Assembly (NCBI RefSeq): GCF_001545095.1
Contig: NZ_CP013213.1
Coordinates: forward strand, 1,920,001 to 1,952,000
DNA: 32,000 nucleotides
Direction of reading: 5' to 3'
Source of the DNA: Erysipelothrix larvae
Lineage (GTDB): Bacteria > Bacillota_I > Bacilli_A > Erysipelotrichales > Erysipelotrichaceae
Both the position numbers and the translations under genes were made by a program. Positions 1 to 7,067 of this stretch are shown in pieces. The first letter of the stretch is position 1. The number at the start of each line of letters is the position of its first letter. The notes under the pieces are model-generated. The model searched no databases and had not been told where the DNA came from. It saw only the letters and a list, made by a program, of their open reading frames with translations.

Positions 1-337
1 TCGTTGTCGGGAATTCAATTAGGATATAGTCTGTATTTTCGATAACCAGTTCACTTAAATCCATCTCAATTAATTTTGATGAATAATATACTTCTGCACC
101 TTTTAGTATCCTAATCTGTCGACTAGTTTTCTTAATAGCATTATTTAGTTCTATATAATTTTCATCGCGTATCTTTAGAAATTCGTTGAGTTCTTGCGTC
201 AAAGGATTATAGTGAGGAGTTAGCACAACTGTGTGAACTCCCTGTTCAATTTGCAAATCAAGTAAAGCAAGTGACTCTTCAAGATCCTTTGCACCATCAT
301 CGATACCAAATAGTATATGTGTATGTAAATCAATCAT
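1..337 (-). CDS. cpsB: Protein-tyrosine phosphatase, PHP / CpsB-YwqE family (N-terminal 112 codons only; the rest lies left of the window)
   Basis: Manual reverse translation from the ATG at 337-335 gives MIDLHTHILFGIDDGAKDLEESLALLDLQIEQGVHTVVLTPHYNP..., the HxH...DDG N-terminus typical of CpsB/YwqE. There is an ATGA start/stop overlap with the upstream kinase gene at 334-337. The frame is open to the window edge. Confidence 0.8.
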   Translation of the reverse strand, partial: MIDLHTHILFGIDDGAKDLEESLALLDLQIEQGVHTVVLTPHYNPLTQELNEFLKIRDENYIELNNAIKKTSRQIRILKGAEVYYSSKLIEMDLSELVIENTDYILIEFPTT

Positions 338-1107
338 TGTTCAGAGTCATCTCCAGCTCCGTGTCCATAACCATAGCCATAACCGTAACCGTAACCATAA
401 CGGTATTCATAGCTGCGATAACGTGATAGATTCTTTGAGATACTATAGTCATTCATAACTACTCCCAAGATCTTTGATTCAGTACCACTGAATGCTTTGA
501 GTGTGCCTTTTACGACTTCTTTCTCAGCATAGTTCTGCTTAACCACAAAGAGCACACCATCAACATAGTTTGACAATACAACGGCATCGGTTACGATTCC
601 TGCTGGTGGTGTATCCACAATAACCATGTCATATTTTCCGCGAAGTTCATCGAGAACTTTTTTAGTGTGTTCATGAGATAGCAATTCCGAAGCATTGGGT
701 GGAATCGGACCTGAGAGCATGACATCAATTTCAAGTGCAGGAAACGAATAAATTGCTTCGTTGACTGTGGTTCTACCTGCGATAACAGATGAGAATCCTT
801 CTTTGACTTTGCTTCTAATTTTTAAGTATTTATGAATCGAAGGAGAACGCATATCACCATCGATGAGTAACACTTTCTTACCGGACATAGACATAATACG
901 TGCTAAGTTAATAGATACTGAGCTTTTCCCATCACCCATCAGTGCACTCGTCACTAGTATTGTTTTTACTTCACCATTAAATGTGGTAAAGCCTAAGTTT
1001 GTTCTTAAGGAACGATACCCTTCAATAAATTGAAACGGTGATTTTGGATCGATGATATCCGTTTGTGTAGGATGTACTCGTGAAGACTTTCTTTTTTTCT
1101 TACTCAT
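334..1107 (-). CDS. cpsD: Bacterial tyrosine (BY) autokinase, CpsD/Wze/YwqD type
   Basis: Walker A is MGDGKSS, Walker A' is VLLIDGDMRSP, Walker B is YDMVIVDTPP. The C-terminal tyrosine cluster is YEYRYGYGYGYGYGYGHG. The gene is translationally coupled to both flanking genes. Confidence 0.9.
   Translation of the reverse strand: MSKKKRKSSRVHPTQTDIIDPKSPFQFIEGYRSLRTNLGFTTFNGEVKTILVTSALMGDGKSSVSINLARIMSMSGKKVLLIDGDMRSPSIHKYLKIRSKVKEGFSSVIAGRTTVNEAIYSFPALEIDVMLSGPIPPNASELLSHEHTKKVLDELRGKYDMVIVDTPPAGIVTDAVVLSNYVDGVLFVVKQNYAEKEVVKGTLKAFSGTESKILGVVMNDYSISKNLSRYRSYEYRYGYGYGYGYGYGHGAGDDSEQ
365..400 (-). repeat. Six tandem 6-bp units (CCATAA/CCATAG/CCGTAA) encoding the (Gly-Tyr)n tail of the BY-kinase
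   Basis: Direct reading of ccataa ccatag ccataa ccgtaa ccgtaa ccataa. The period is in frame. Confidence 0.9.
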
Positions 1108-1829
1108 TATTTTCCACCTCTACTAACTTCTTGAATATTTGGAATGATTCCAATAACAGGAACACCTAAGTATCGCTCAATATCATCTGGGGATCTAAAT
1201 GTACGATCCATTAAATGTCTAACTAAAACAATTCCTGCAGACAACATAATTCCAAGTATGCCCGCAATCATTGCATTCATGAGTGTATTTGGGGAAACTG
1301 GTGATGTTGGAACTTGTGGAAGTGAAACAACCCGCACAGACCCTGCTTCAACCATGTCTATAATAATATCCGGTGCTACTTTCACAATTTCATTAACAAA
1401 TTTCTGTGCTAATAGTGGGTCTTCATCTTTGACTGAGACACGAATTACTTGTGTGCTATCTACTGCTGATACGGAAACATTTTTTGCCAGTTGAGATGTA
1501 GTAATTCCTGTATTAGTATTCTCAACCACTGGCCCCATTACCGCATCACTTTTGATAATGATACTGTATACAGTTGCAAGGTTTTTCGCAGACGTGATTT
1601 CATCATTGGTGATGGAATCATCACTTGTATCTCTTCGATTATTTACAATAAGCGTAGCTGTGCTTTGATACATTGGTGCAATTAGAAACTTTGTCCCTAA
1701 GTAGCCGACCATTGAAAACACAATCCCTACTGCCACAATCATTAATAAGTAAGGTTTGAATATTTCATAGAGTTCACGGATGCTTATTTCATCCTCTTGT
1801 ATAAATTCAACGTTGTTATTTTGGTTCAC
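1107..1829 (-). CDS. cpsC: Polysaccharide co-polymerase / kinase transmembrane modulator (CpsC/Wzd/YwqC, Wzz-like)
   Basis: An N-terminal TM (LLMIVAVGIVFSMVGYLG) and a C-terminal TM (MNAMIAGILGIMLSAGIVLV) flank an external domain of about 140 aa. The stop overlaps the kinase start. Order is modulator-kinase-phosphatase, as in ywqCDE. Confidence 0.8.
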   Translation of the reverse strand: MNQNNNVEFIQEDEISIRELYEIFKPYLLMIVAVGIVFSMVGYLGTKFLIAPMYQSTATLIVNNRRDTSDDSITNDEITSAKNLATVYSIIIKSDAVMGPVVENTNTGITTSQLAKNVSVSAVDSTQVIRVSVKDEDPLLAQKFVNEIVKVAPDIIIDMVEAGSVRVVSLPQVPTSPVSPNTLMNAMIAGILGIMLSAGIVLVRHLMDRTFRSPDDIERYLGVPVIGIIPNIQEVSRGGK

Positions 1830-2212
1830 TTTATCCCTCCGATTCCTGATAAAACATATCGATACTTAATGAGCTTAAAATCCCTAAATGTACTAAAAAT
1901 GGCGCAATAAACTTGAGATGCACCACTACAAACATTCTTTAAATCAGTGTCTTTTAGTATGTATTTTAAACTCATTAAATACTTATGTTATCAGTATTGT
2001 TTATACCAACACGTTAACTTTACCAAATCTTTTTACCTTGTAACGACGGCAATCTTTCGCATATGCGAAAAGATTTTAATGATACGCTTACATTCCACTA
2101 TTTAGTGTAGATTTGGGCTGTTTTCTTAAAATAATTTTCTTCATAATGAAAATTATTTCACTGTGAAACCCTTCTTTCATTCTGTTTGAGCAAAAATAAA
2201 AAAGGGGCGAAC

Positions 2213-2220
2213 CATTAAGA
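2213..2220. repeat. Target-site duplication CATTAAGA, left of IS copy A
   Basis: The identical 8-mer directly abuts both ends of the 2221-4745 element. Confidence 0.9.
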
Positions 2221-2352
2221 GGATATTAAACTTTACTTGGGGTTTTCACTCGCAACACTATTTCTTGGGGTGAGGTAATCTTGCTCTAGCCTCTGTCTTT
2301 AAAGAAGTTTGGGGATTTCTGTTGTAAACTGATTATCTTAGACCAGCAGAAT

Positions 2353-2407
2353 AAAAAATCACTTTACTTTATGCACAATTAAGTGCTGTATTAAAGTGAT
2401 TTTTTTT
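2353..2407. terminator. IS-internal terminator-like hairpin near the left end (14-bp stem AAAAAATCACTTTA / TAAAGTGATTTTTT followed by a T-run)
   Basis: Perfect 14-bp inverted repeat with a 25-nt loop containing a GCAC...GTGC sub-stem. It has an A-run before and a T-run after, so it could act in both directions. It lies upstream of the IS ORFs. Confidence 0.55.
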
Positions 2408-2505
2408 GTATTATTAGTTTAACGAGGTTAATAAAATGGTAGAAACCCCAAGTTTCCAGACCTAAGTTTCTACCAATCCAATACCTCCTATAAAGGAGTA
2501 AGAAT

Positions 2506-2976
2506 ATGATAACAGTTTTCTCAAACACATTCAATAATAAACAGTTTTCTCAAAAGGAATATTACAAATTTCTCAATTCAATTAATCCAAAAACAATACC
2601 TTGTCCGTGCTGTTCAAAAACAGATACACTGATTCGTTATGGATACTATCCGAAAACCATAATTACTGGGCGATTAACCATTGTCGTAGAAATCGCACGT
2701 TTCTTTTGTAATCAATGTAAGAGAACTCATGCAATAATACCAAGTAACTTACTTCCCTATTTTCAACTGTCTGTACCCACAATTGAAATAATATTAACCC
2801 ATGAACTTGATAGCACGCTTTTAACTGATATTGATGAATCAACATATATTCGGATAAAAATACGTTTTAACGATTATGAATCGGTGAGACATTTAAGTTA
2901 TTTGGAACGATTGAATTACTTCATATTATCCACAAAACGGAATATCTATCATTCCGCCATTACTTCACCAACATGA
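2506..2976 (+). CDS. IS-encoded accessory protein with Cys4 zinc-ribbon (CPCC...CNQC); function unknown
   Basis: 156-aa ORF with SD AAAGGAG 8 nt upstream. Motif is IPCPCCSKTDTLIRYGYYPK...ARFFCNQCKRTHAIIPSNLLPYF. Conserved in both IS copies apart from one residue. Confidence 0.65.
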   Translation: MITVFSNTFNNKQFSQKEYYKFLNSINPKTIPCPCCSKTDTLIRYGYYPKTIITGRLTIVVEIARFFCNQCKRTHAIIPSNLLPYFQLSVPTIEIILTHELDSTLLTDIDESTYIRIKIRFNDYESVRHLSYLERLNYFILSTKRNIYHSAITSPT

Positions 2977-3109
2977 GAAAAATAGTTTTAACTCCTCAGA
3001 TTGAATATAATGAAGATGGTTATTTAAATAACAGACAATCATTTTTATATTTAGGAGCAAGATACATAATGAAACCTTATCAAAATAGTCAAAGAGAGGC
3101 AGGGTTTCT

Positions 3110-4585
3110 ATGAACGCTAATGCCACTCTTTTAAGTAACGAAAAAATTCTTGAATTATTTAACTTAGAACACCATCAAGTCCAGAAGATTGATATCAAAG
3201 GTCAAAGTGACGCATTGAATGTGTACATTACGCTTCAGGTAGAGGAACAAACATGCCCAATTTGTGAAAGCAAAACATCCACAATCAAAGATTATTCTGA
3301 AAAGAAGCTTCTCCACTCACTGGTAACACATATACCCTGTTACATTCGTTACCGTGCACGACGTTATAAATGCACAACGTGTAATAAATGCTTTTTTGAA
3401 CACAATCCATTTGCGTATCGAAATATGAAGATTACTCAGCTGACCGTATATAATGTCCTGAATGATCTTAAATCGCCACATGAAACGTTTACCACAGTTG
3501 CCAATAGATATCGGTTATCTCCCACTACAGTATCATCTATTTTCGATTCCCACGTTTCTGTCTCCAGACAAAAACTACCCGCTTATCTGCTTATTGATGA
3601 ATGTTATGCGTACCACAGTGATCGCAGTGATTATGTATGCGTTCTTATTGATGCAATGACAAAGAATATCGTAGATATATTACCGTCCCGTAAGAAACAA
3701 GACTTAGTCGCGTATTTTAGCCAAATCCCCCTTGAAGAACGCAAAGGAGTCTTAGGTATTGGAATCGACATGTGGTATAGCTATAGAGTCGTCGCAAAAC
3801 AATTCCTTCCAAACGCGTTTATCAGTGTTGATCGTTTTCATGTTTATAGTGATTTAATGAAACGTATCGACTCTATTAGGGTAGACACTATGAAGAAACT
3901 AAAACCTCCTAAGAACTGGAAGCAAACAGAAGATAAAGTCAAAAGACAAGAATATTATAAGCGTGACCAGCAATACTATCTGCTTAAAAAGTTCAACTGG
4001 TTACTCTATAAAAACCCCAAAGCAACAACCACAGTTAAAGATAAGAAATACAATATATTTGATCCAAATGTACCGAAACAACGCAATAAGAAATTGGGAA
4101 AGTTTCTAAACCTTTACGACATAATAGACCTAATTCTTCAAACGAGCAATGGCCTTGAAGATGCATATAACATGAAGTTCTTACTCGATCAATTCTTCAA
4201 TGAATCAAAAGCTGAGAATGCACACGAGAATCTGAACACACTCATCAGAGTGATGGCTCAGAGTAGAGTTGCATCAATCGTTGATTTTAGCCGAACTTTA
4301 GGAAAGTGGAAAAATGAAATTGTCGCAACTTTCAATAAAGTAGAAAAATGCACAAAGGTCACAAATAAGAAAACAGGAGAAACCCATTATGAAGTTTCCA
4401 TAACACACATAAACAGTGCGTTGATTGAGAATCGAAATCGCATAATCAAGCAAATAAAAAACAATGCAAGTGGCTATCGTAATTGGGAGCGGTTTAGGAA
4501 TCGTGTGTTGTATGTGCTTAATGAAGACGCAACATATCGAATTAACCCAATAATTAAAACAACCTATGACAAAGGACTCTCTTAA
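3110..4585 (+). CDS. ISL3-family DDE transposase
   Basis: N-terminal zinc finger CPICES...CTTCNKC. Candidate catalytic motifs are LLIDECYAY and GIGIDMWYSY. C-terminal ALIENRNRIIKQIKNNASGYRNWERFRNRV is the classic ISL3 E-containing signature. The element makes 8-bp TSDs as expected for ISL3. Confidence 0.92.
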   Translation: MNANATLLSNEKILELFNLEHHQVQKIDIKGQSDALNVYITLQVEEQTCPICESKTSTIKDYSEKKLLHSLVTHIPCYIRYRARRYKCTTCNKCFFEHNPFAYRNMKITQLTVYNVLNDLKSPHETFTTVANRYRLSPTTVSSIFDSHVSVSRQKLPAYLLIDECYAYHSDRSDYVCVLIDAMTKNIVDILPSRKKQDLVAYFSQIPLEERKGVLGIGIDMWYSYRVVAKQFLPNAFISVDRFHVYSDLMKRIDSIRVDTMKKLKPPKNWKQTEDKVKRQEYYKRDQQYYLLKKFNWLLYKNPKATTTVKDKKYNIFDPNVPKQRNKKLGKFLNLYDIIDLILQTSNGLEDAYNMKFLLDQFFNESKAENAHENLNTLIRVMAQSRVASIVDFSRTLGKWKNEIVATFNKVEKCTKVTNKKTGETHYEVSITHINSALIENRNRIIKQIKNNASGYRNWERFRNRVLYVLNEDATYRINPIIKTTYDKGLS

Positions 4586-4620
4586 GAAATGACTCATTAT
4601 TGATATACTATAACAAAAAG

Positions 4621-4655
4621 AGGGAAGCTATAGTCATGTGCGACTACGCTTCCCT
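4621..4655. terminator. IS-internal bidirectional terminator-like hairpin after the transposase gene (AGGGAAGC ... GCTTCCCT)
   Basis: 8-bp GC-rich stem preceded by CAAAAAG and followed by TTGGTCTTT. It lies 36 nt after the transposase stop. Confidence 0.55.
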
Positions 4656-4745
4656 TTGGTCTTTAACAAACTTGTTTGGGGTAACTTACTCCCCAAGTTA
4701 TTTTATATCATTTTCTGAATTATCCCCAAGTTATTTCAGACCGCC

Positions 4746-4753
4746 CATTAAGA
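4746..4753. repeat. Target-site duplication CATTAAGA, right of IS copy A
   Basis: Same 8-mer as 2213-2220. Confidence 0.9.
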
Positions 4754-4793
4754 CTACATCACGTCTTGGTTTGCCCCTTGTGTTTTGATAGAT

Positions 4794-5687
4794 TCATGAC
4801 TCAACAATCGATGTATTGTCAACTTTATCTACTTTCTTATATTTTGATTTGATTTCTTTAATGAGTGTCTCTCTACCTTTTTCAGAGAGCCATGCAATCA
4901 GTACACCACTAATGATTAACAGGATTCCTACTATAATGAATGCATGGAGTAGCGCATTGATTTGATACACAATAAAGTGGTTTATATAGTCTGGTTGTAG
5001 CGCAATTCGCGCATAACCGCCCCATACTTTAATAATTAAAGGAATTATGGTGATCATAAGACCTGTTGCGACACATGAATATGCTTGATATCTATAGAAG
5101 CGATGTTTCCATTTGTTGATTTGAAAATTCATATATGCACAAAATGCAATAATGACTAAGCATGCAGGTACGATATAATTCAATAACTGTCGATAGATTC
5201 CAATATAGTCTGCGATAGTTGATAAGAATGGAAGTTTCGCAATACTTATATAGCTTTCAAGTATTGCTTCAATTACTTCATCGATGACACTTTGTTCAAC
5301 ATAACCATATAAGCCTTCAGATTCCAAGAATGCGTTGATATTGCGCGTTAAGCCATCACGTATTTCTGTTGTTTCAAACTCGAAAACTGTTCCATTTAAT
5401 GTACTCTCGATATATCCATTAACATTAAATGTATAGGTTTCAAGTGTAAAAACATCGTCAGTAATACTATTTGGTAATCCTGTTGGAATCAGAATGTCAT
5501 AAATCCGTTCCAACGTATATTCCTTTATGTCTTCGTAATAATTGATACTGTTTAGGTTTCTTATAATTGAGCCATAGGATAAGAAAGAAGTATAGAGTAG
5601 CACTGTCATAATCATTAAAACCATACTCAGTGTTTGAACAAATGCAAAAATACTGCAGATGATTCGTGTATCTTTTTTCTTATTCAT
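4794..5687 (-). CDS. Polytopic membrane protein of unknown function, translationally coupled to the sortase gene
   Basis: 297 aa. An N-terminal TM (FAFVQTLSMVLMIMTVLLY) is followed by an acidic extracytoplasmic segment of about 120 aa, at least 3 C-terminal TMs and a Lys-rich tail. The start overlaps the sortase stop by 8 nt. Confidence 0.7.
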   Translation of the reverse strand: MNKKKDTRIICSIFAFVQTLSMVLMIMTVLLYTSFLSYGSIIRNLNSINYYEDIKEYTLERIYDILIPTGLPNSITDDVFTLETYTFNVNGYIESTLNGTVFEFETTEIRDGLTRNINAFLESEGLYGYVEQSVIDEVIEAILESYISIAKLPFLSTIADYIGIYRQLLNYIVPACLVIIAFCAYMNFQINKWKHRFYRYQAYSCVATGLMITIIPLIIKVWGGYARIALQPDYINHFIVYQINALLHAFIIVGILLIISGVLIAWLSEKGRETLIKEIKSKYKKVDKVDNTSIVES

Positions 5688-6354
5688 TCACGCCTCCATC
5701 TATAATCGTTGGACCTTTTACTTTCTCTGCATACACAAACAAACGTTGTTTCGCCAGTCCAACAAGCCCATCAAATGGATAACATGTATACATAACAATG
5801 ATATCCTTCTTAGTCTGTGACAGGTCTAGGTATAATGCATATTCACTTTCATGAACCAACTGTATATCGTATATTTTGTACTCGTAATTTCCATAACTTG
5901 TTTGTAGATTTACAATATCGCCCACTTCTGCATTTCGAATTGGCCTAAGTCCTCGTGTATTATGTCCAGCAATAAGCGTTGTCCCTTTAAACCCAGGGAA
6001 TACACTTCCAATATATTGACCTGCGCCTTTTCTTAAAAGTGCATAGTCATCACCATAGTATAAAGGTGTTTCAAGTTCAATGCGATCAATAACCAGTTGT
6101 GCATAGTGTTCACCATAGTTCGGTAAAGTAAGATCTTTGAGCTCAATAAACCCATCATGTATATCGGTGAGATTTAAAACAGAATCAGTTTGATCTCCAT
6201 AATTTACATTTTGATTTATCGCAACCATTCCAGCAACAGATGTGACAATTTCAAAGAATGGTGAAAGGAGTACGCCAAGTACTAGGTAGCTCAAAAAAGT
6301 GAAAGTTATTGGCACATAGATATATGCCAATAACTTCTTGTGTTTTTTATTCAT
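5680..6354 (-). CDS. Sortase-family transpeptidase (TCYPF type, class D/E-like)
   Basis: N-terminal membrane anchor. Catalytic His in TLIAGHNTRG, Cys in IIVMYTCYPF, Arg in AKQRLFVYAEK. Confidence 0.85.
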   Translation of the reverse strand: MNKKHKKLLAYIYVPITFTFLSYLVLGVLLSPFFEIVTSVAGMVAINQNVNYGDQTDSVLNLTDIHDGFIELKDLTLPNYGEHYAQLVIDRIELETPLYYGDDYALLRKGAGQYIGSVFPGFKGTTLIAGHNTRGLRPIRNAEVGDIVNLQTSYGNYEYKIYDIQLVHESEYALYLDLSQTKKDIIVMYTCYPFDGLVGLAKQRLFVYAEKVKGPTIIDGGVNE

Positions 6355-6360
6355 GATGAA

Positions 6361-6906
6361 TTAAAAGAGTTCTTTCTTTTTCGCTACGAATGTCGTCGCA
6401 CCTAAGAGTGTCACAATACCTGCTGCAACAACAAGTGATCCTGTGAAATCACTTCCTGTGTTCTTAATAATGTCATCTACGGCATTTGTACCATTGATTA
6501 AACTATTTACAGGAATACCACTTATCGTTGATAATAGGTGATTCTCCAAGTTTACTACCACGACTAAATCAGCAGCTCTACCTGCTTCAACAACAAGTGA
6601 AACAAAACGGCTTGCGTCTGGTGAACTTGACAAGAATTGTTGAATTGACTGATTCCCTAATATAAGACTCGCTTCTTCTATATTCTTAACGATAATATTC
6701 ACTGCTGCTTCATCAAGATTGACACTTGAACTCGCGAGATGTTGTTTTGTTAGTGTGATATATTTTTCTGTAATTCTAGTTTGTTGTAGTGCAGTAATAA
6801 TTCGTTGCTCAGTGCTTGTTACTTCTGCTGATACTGTAAGTGTTGTTGCAAAGAATGCAAGCATCACTGCAAAACACACAACACCTATCTGTTTAATTTT
6901 ATTCAT
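6361..6906 (-). CDS. Secreted, C-terminally anchored protein (candidate sortase substrate; no LPXTG)
   Basis: Signal peptide is MNKIKQIGVVCFAVMLAFFATTLTVSAE, with strong SD GGAGAGGAG. The C-terminus is IKNTGSDFTG, a hydrophobic stretch, then KKKELF. Confidence 0.75.
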   Translation of the reverse strand: MNKIKQIGVVCFAVMLAFFATTLTVSAEVTSTEQRIITALQQTRITEKYITLTKQHLASSSVNLDEAAVNIIVKNIEEASLILGNQSIQQFLSSSPDASRFVSLVVEAGRAADLVVVVNLENHLLSTISGIPVNSLINGTNAVDDIIKNTGSDFTGSLVVAAGIVTLLGATTFVAKKKELF

Positions 6907-7017
6907 GAATATACTCCTCTCCGAATCTTGATATTCATATATAGAGTTAGTGTATCATTAATAAGGCGGTGTTAGGTTGAGGGTTCTTTCTTGTAAAGGA
7001 AAGGAATTTTCTGCTTT

Positions 7018-7063
7018 AAAAAGAACCATGAGGGGTTCATGATTGGTTCCCTCGATGGTTCTT
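7018..7063 (-). terminator. Rho-independent terminator after the 658-aa surface protein gene
   Basis: Minus-strand stem AAGAACCATCGAGGG / CCCTCATGGTTCTT with one bulge, followed by TTTTAAAG. It begins 5 nt after the stop at 7068. Confidence 0.6.
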
Positions 7064-7067
7064 AAAT

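Larger units (their letters stand above)
2221..4745 (+). mobile_element. ISL3-family insertion sequence, copy A (2,525 bp, two ORFs)
   Basis: Colinear with 9238-11762 at constant offset 7017. The identity boundaries coincide exactly with 8-bp direct repeats. Imperfect terminal inverted repeats are GGATATTAAACTTTACTTGGGG (left) and GGCGGTCTGAAATAACTTGGGG (right end, reverse complement). Encodes an ISL3-type DDE transposase. Confidence 0.93.

Noticed and set aside
1144-1685. ORFs 1144-1494 and 1491-1685 on the plus strand
   Set aside because: They are antisense to the well-supported cpsC gene, have no SD, and show low-complexity Ser/Thr/Ile composition. The same reasoning applies to other antisense ORFs in the track: 2663-2845, 3462-3659, 4298-4597, 6719-6931, 7108-7344, 7566-7821, 8306-8500, 12395-12598, 13770-13985, 14304-14603, 15130-15378, 16227-16445, 16504-16833, 18930-19298, 20336-20557, 21940-22137, 24590-24808, 25330-25548, 25660-25851, 27690-27929, 28281-28475, 28734-28955, 29025-29231, 29563-29965, 30636-30851, 30985-31185, 31287-31529.
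2051-2075. Near-perfect palindrome AATCTTTCGCAT/ATGCGAAAAGATT as a terminator
   Set aside because: No gene ends nearby on either strand and there is no clear U-run in the relevant direction. It is more likely an operator or a chance palindrome, and is mentioned only within the cps upstream finding.
4600-4788. 62-aa ORF spanning the right end of IS copy A
   Set aside because: It crosses the IS terminator hairpin, the subterminal repeats and the IS/chromosome junction. The copy B equivalent is truncated differently by its own junction. It has no SD.
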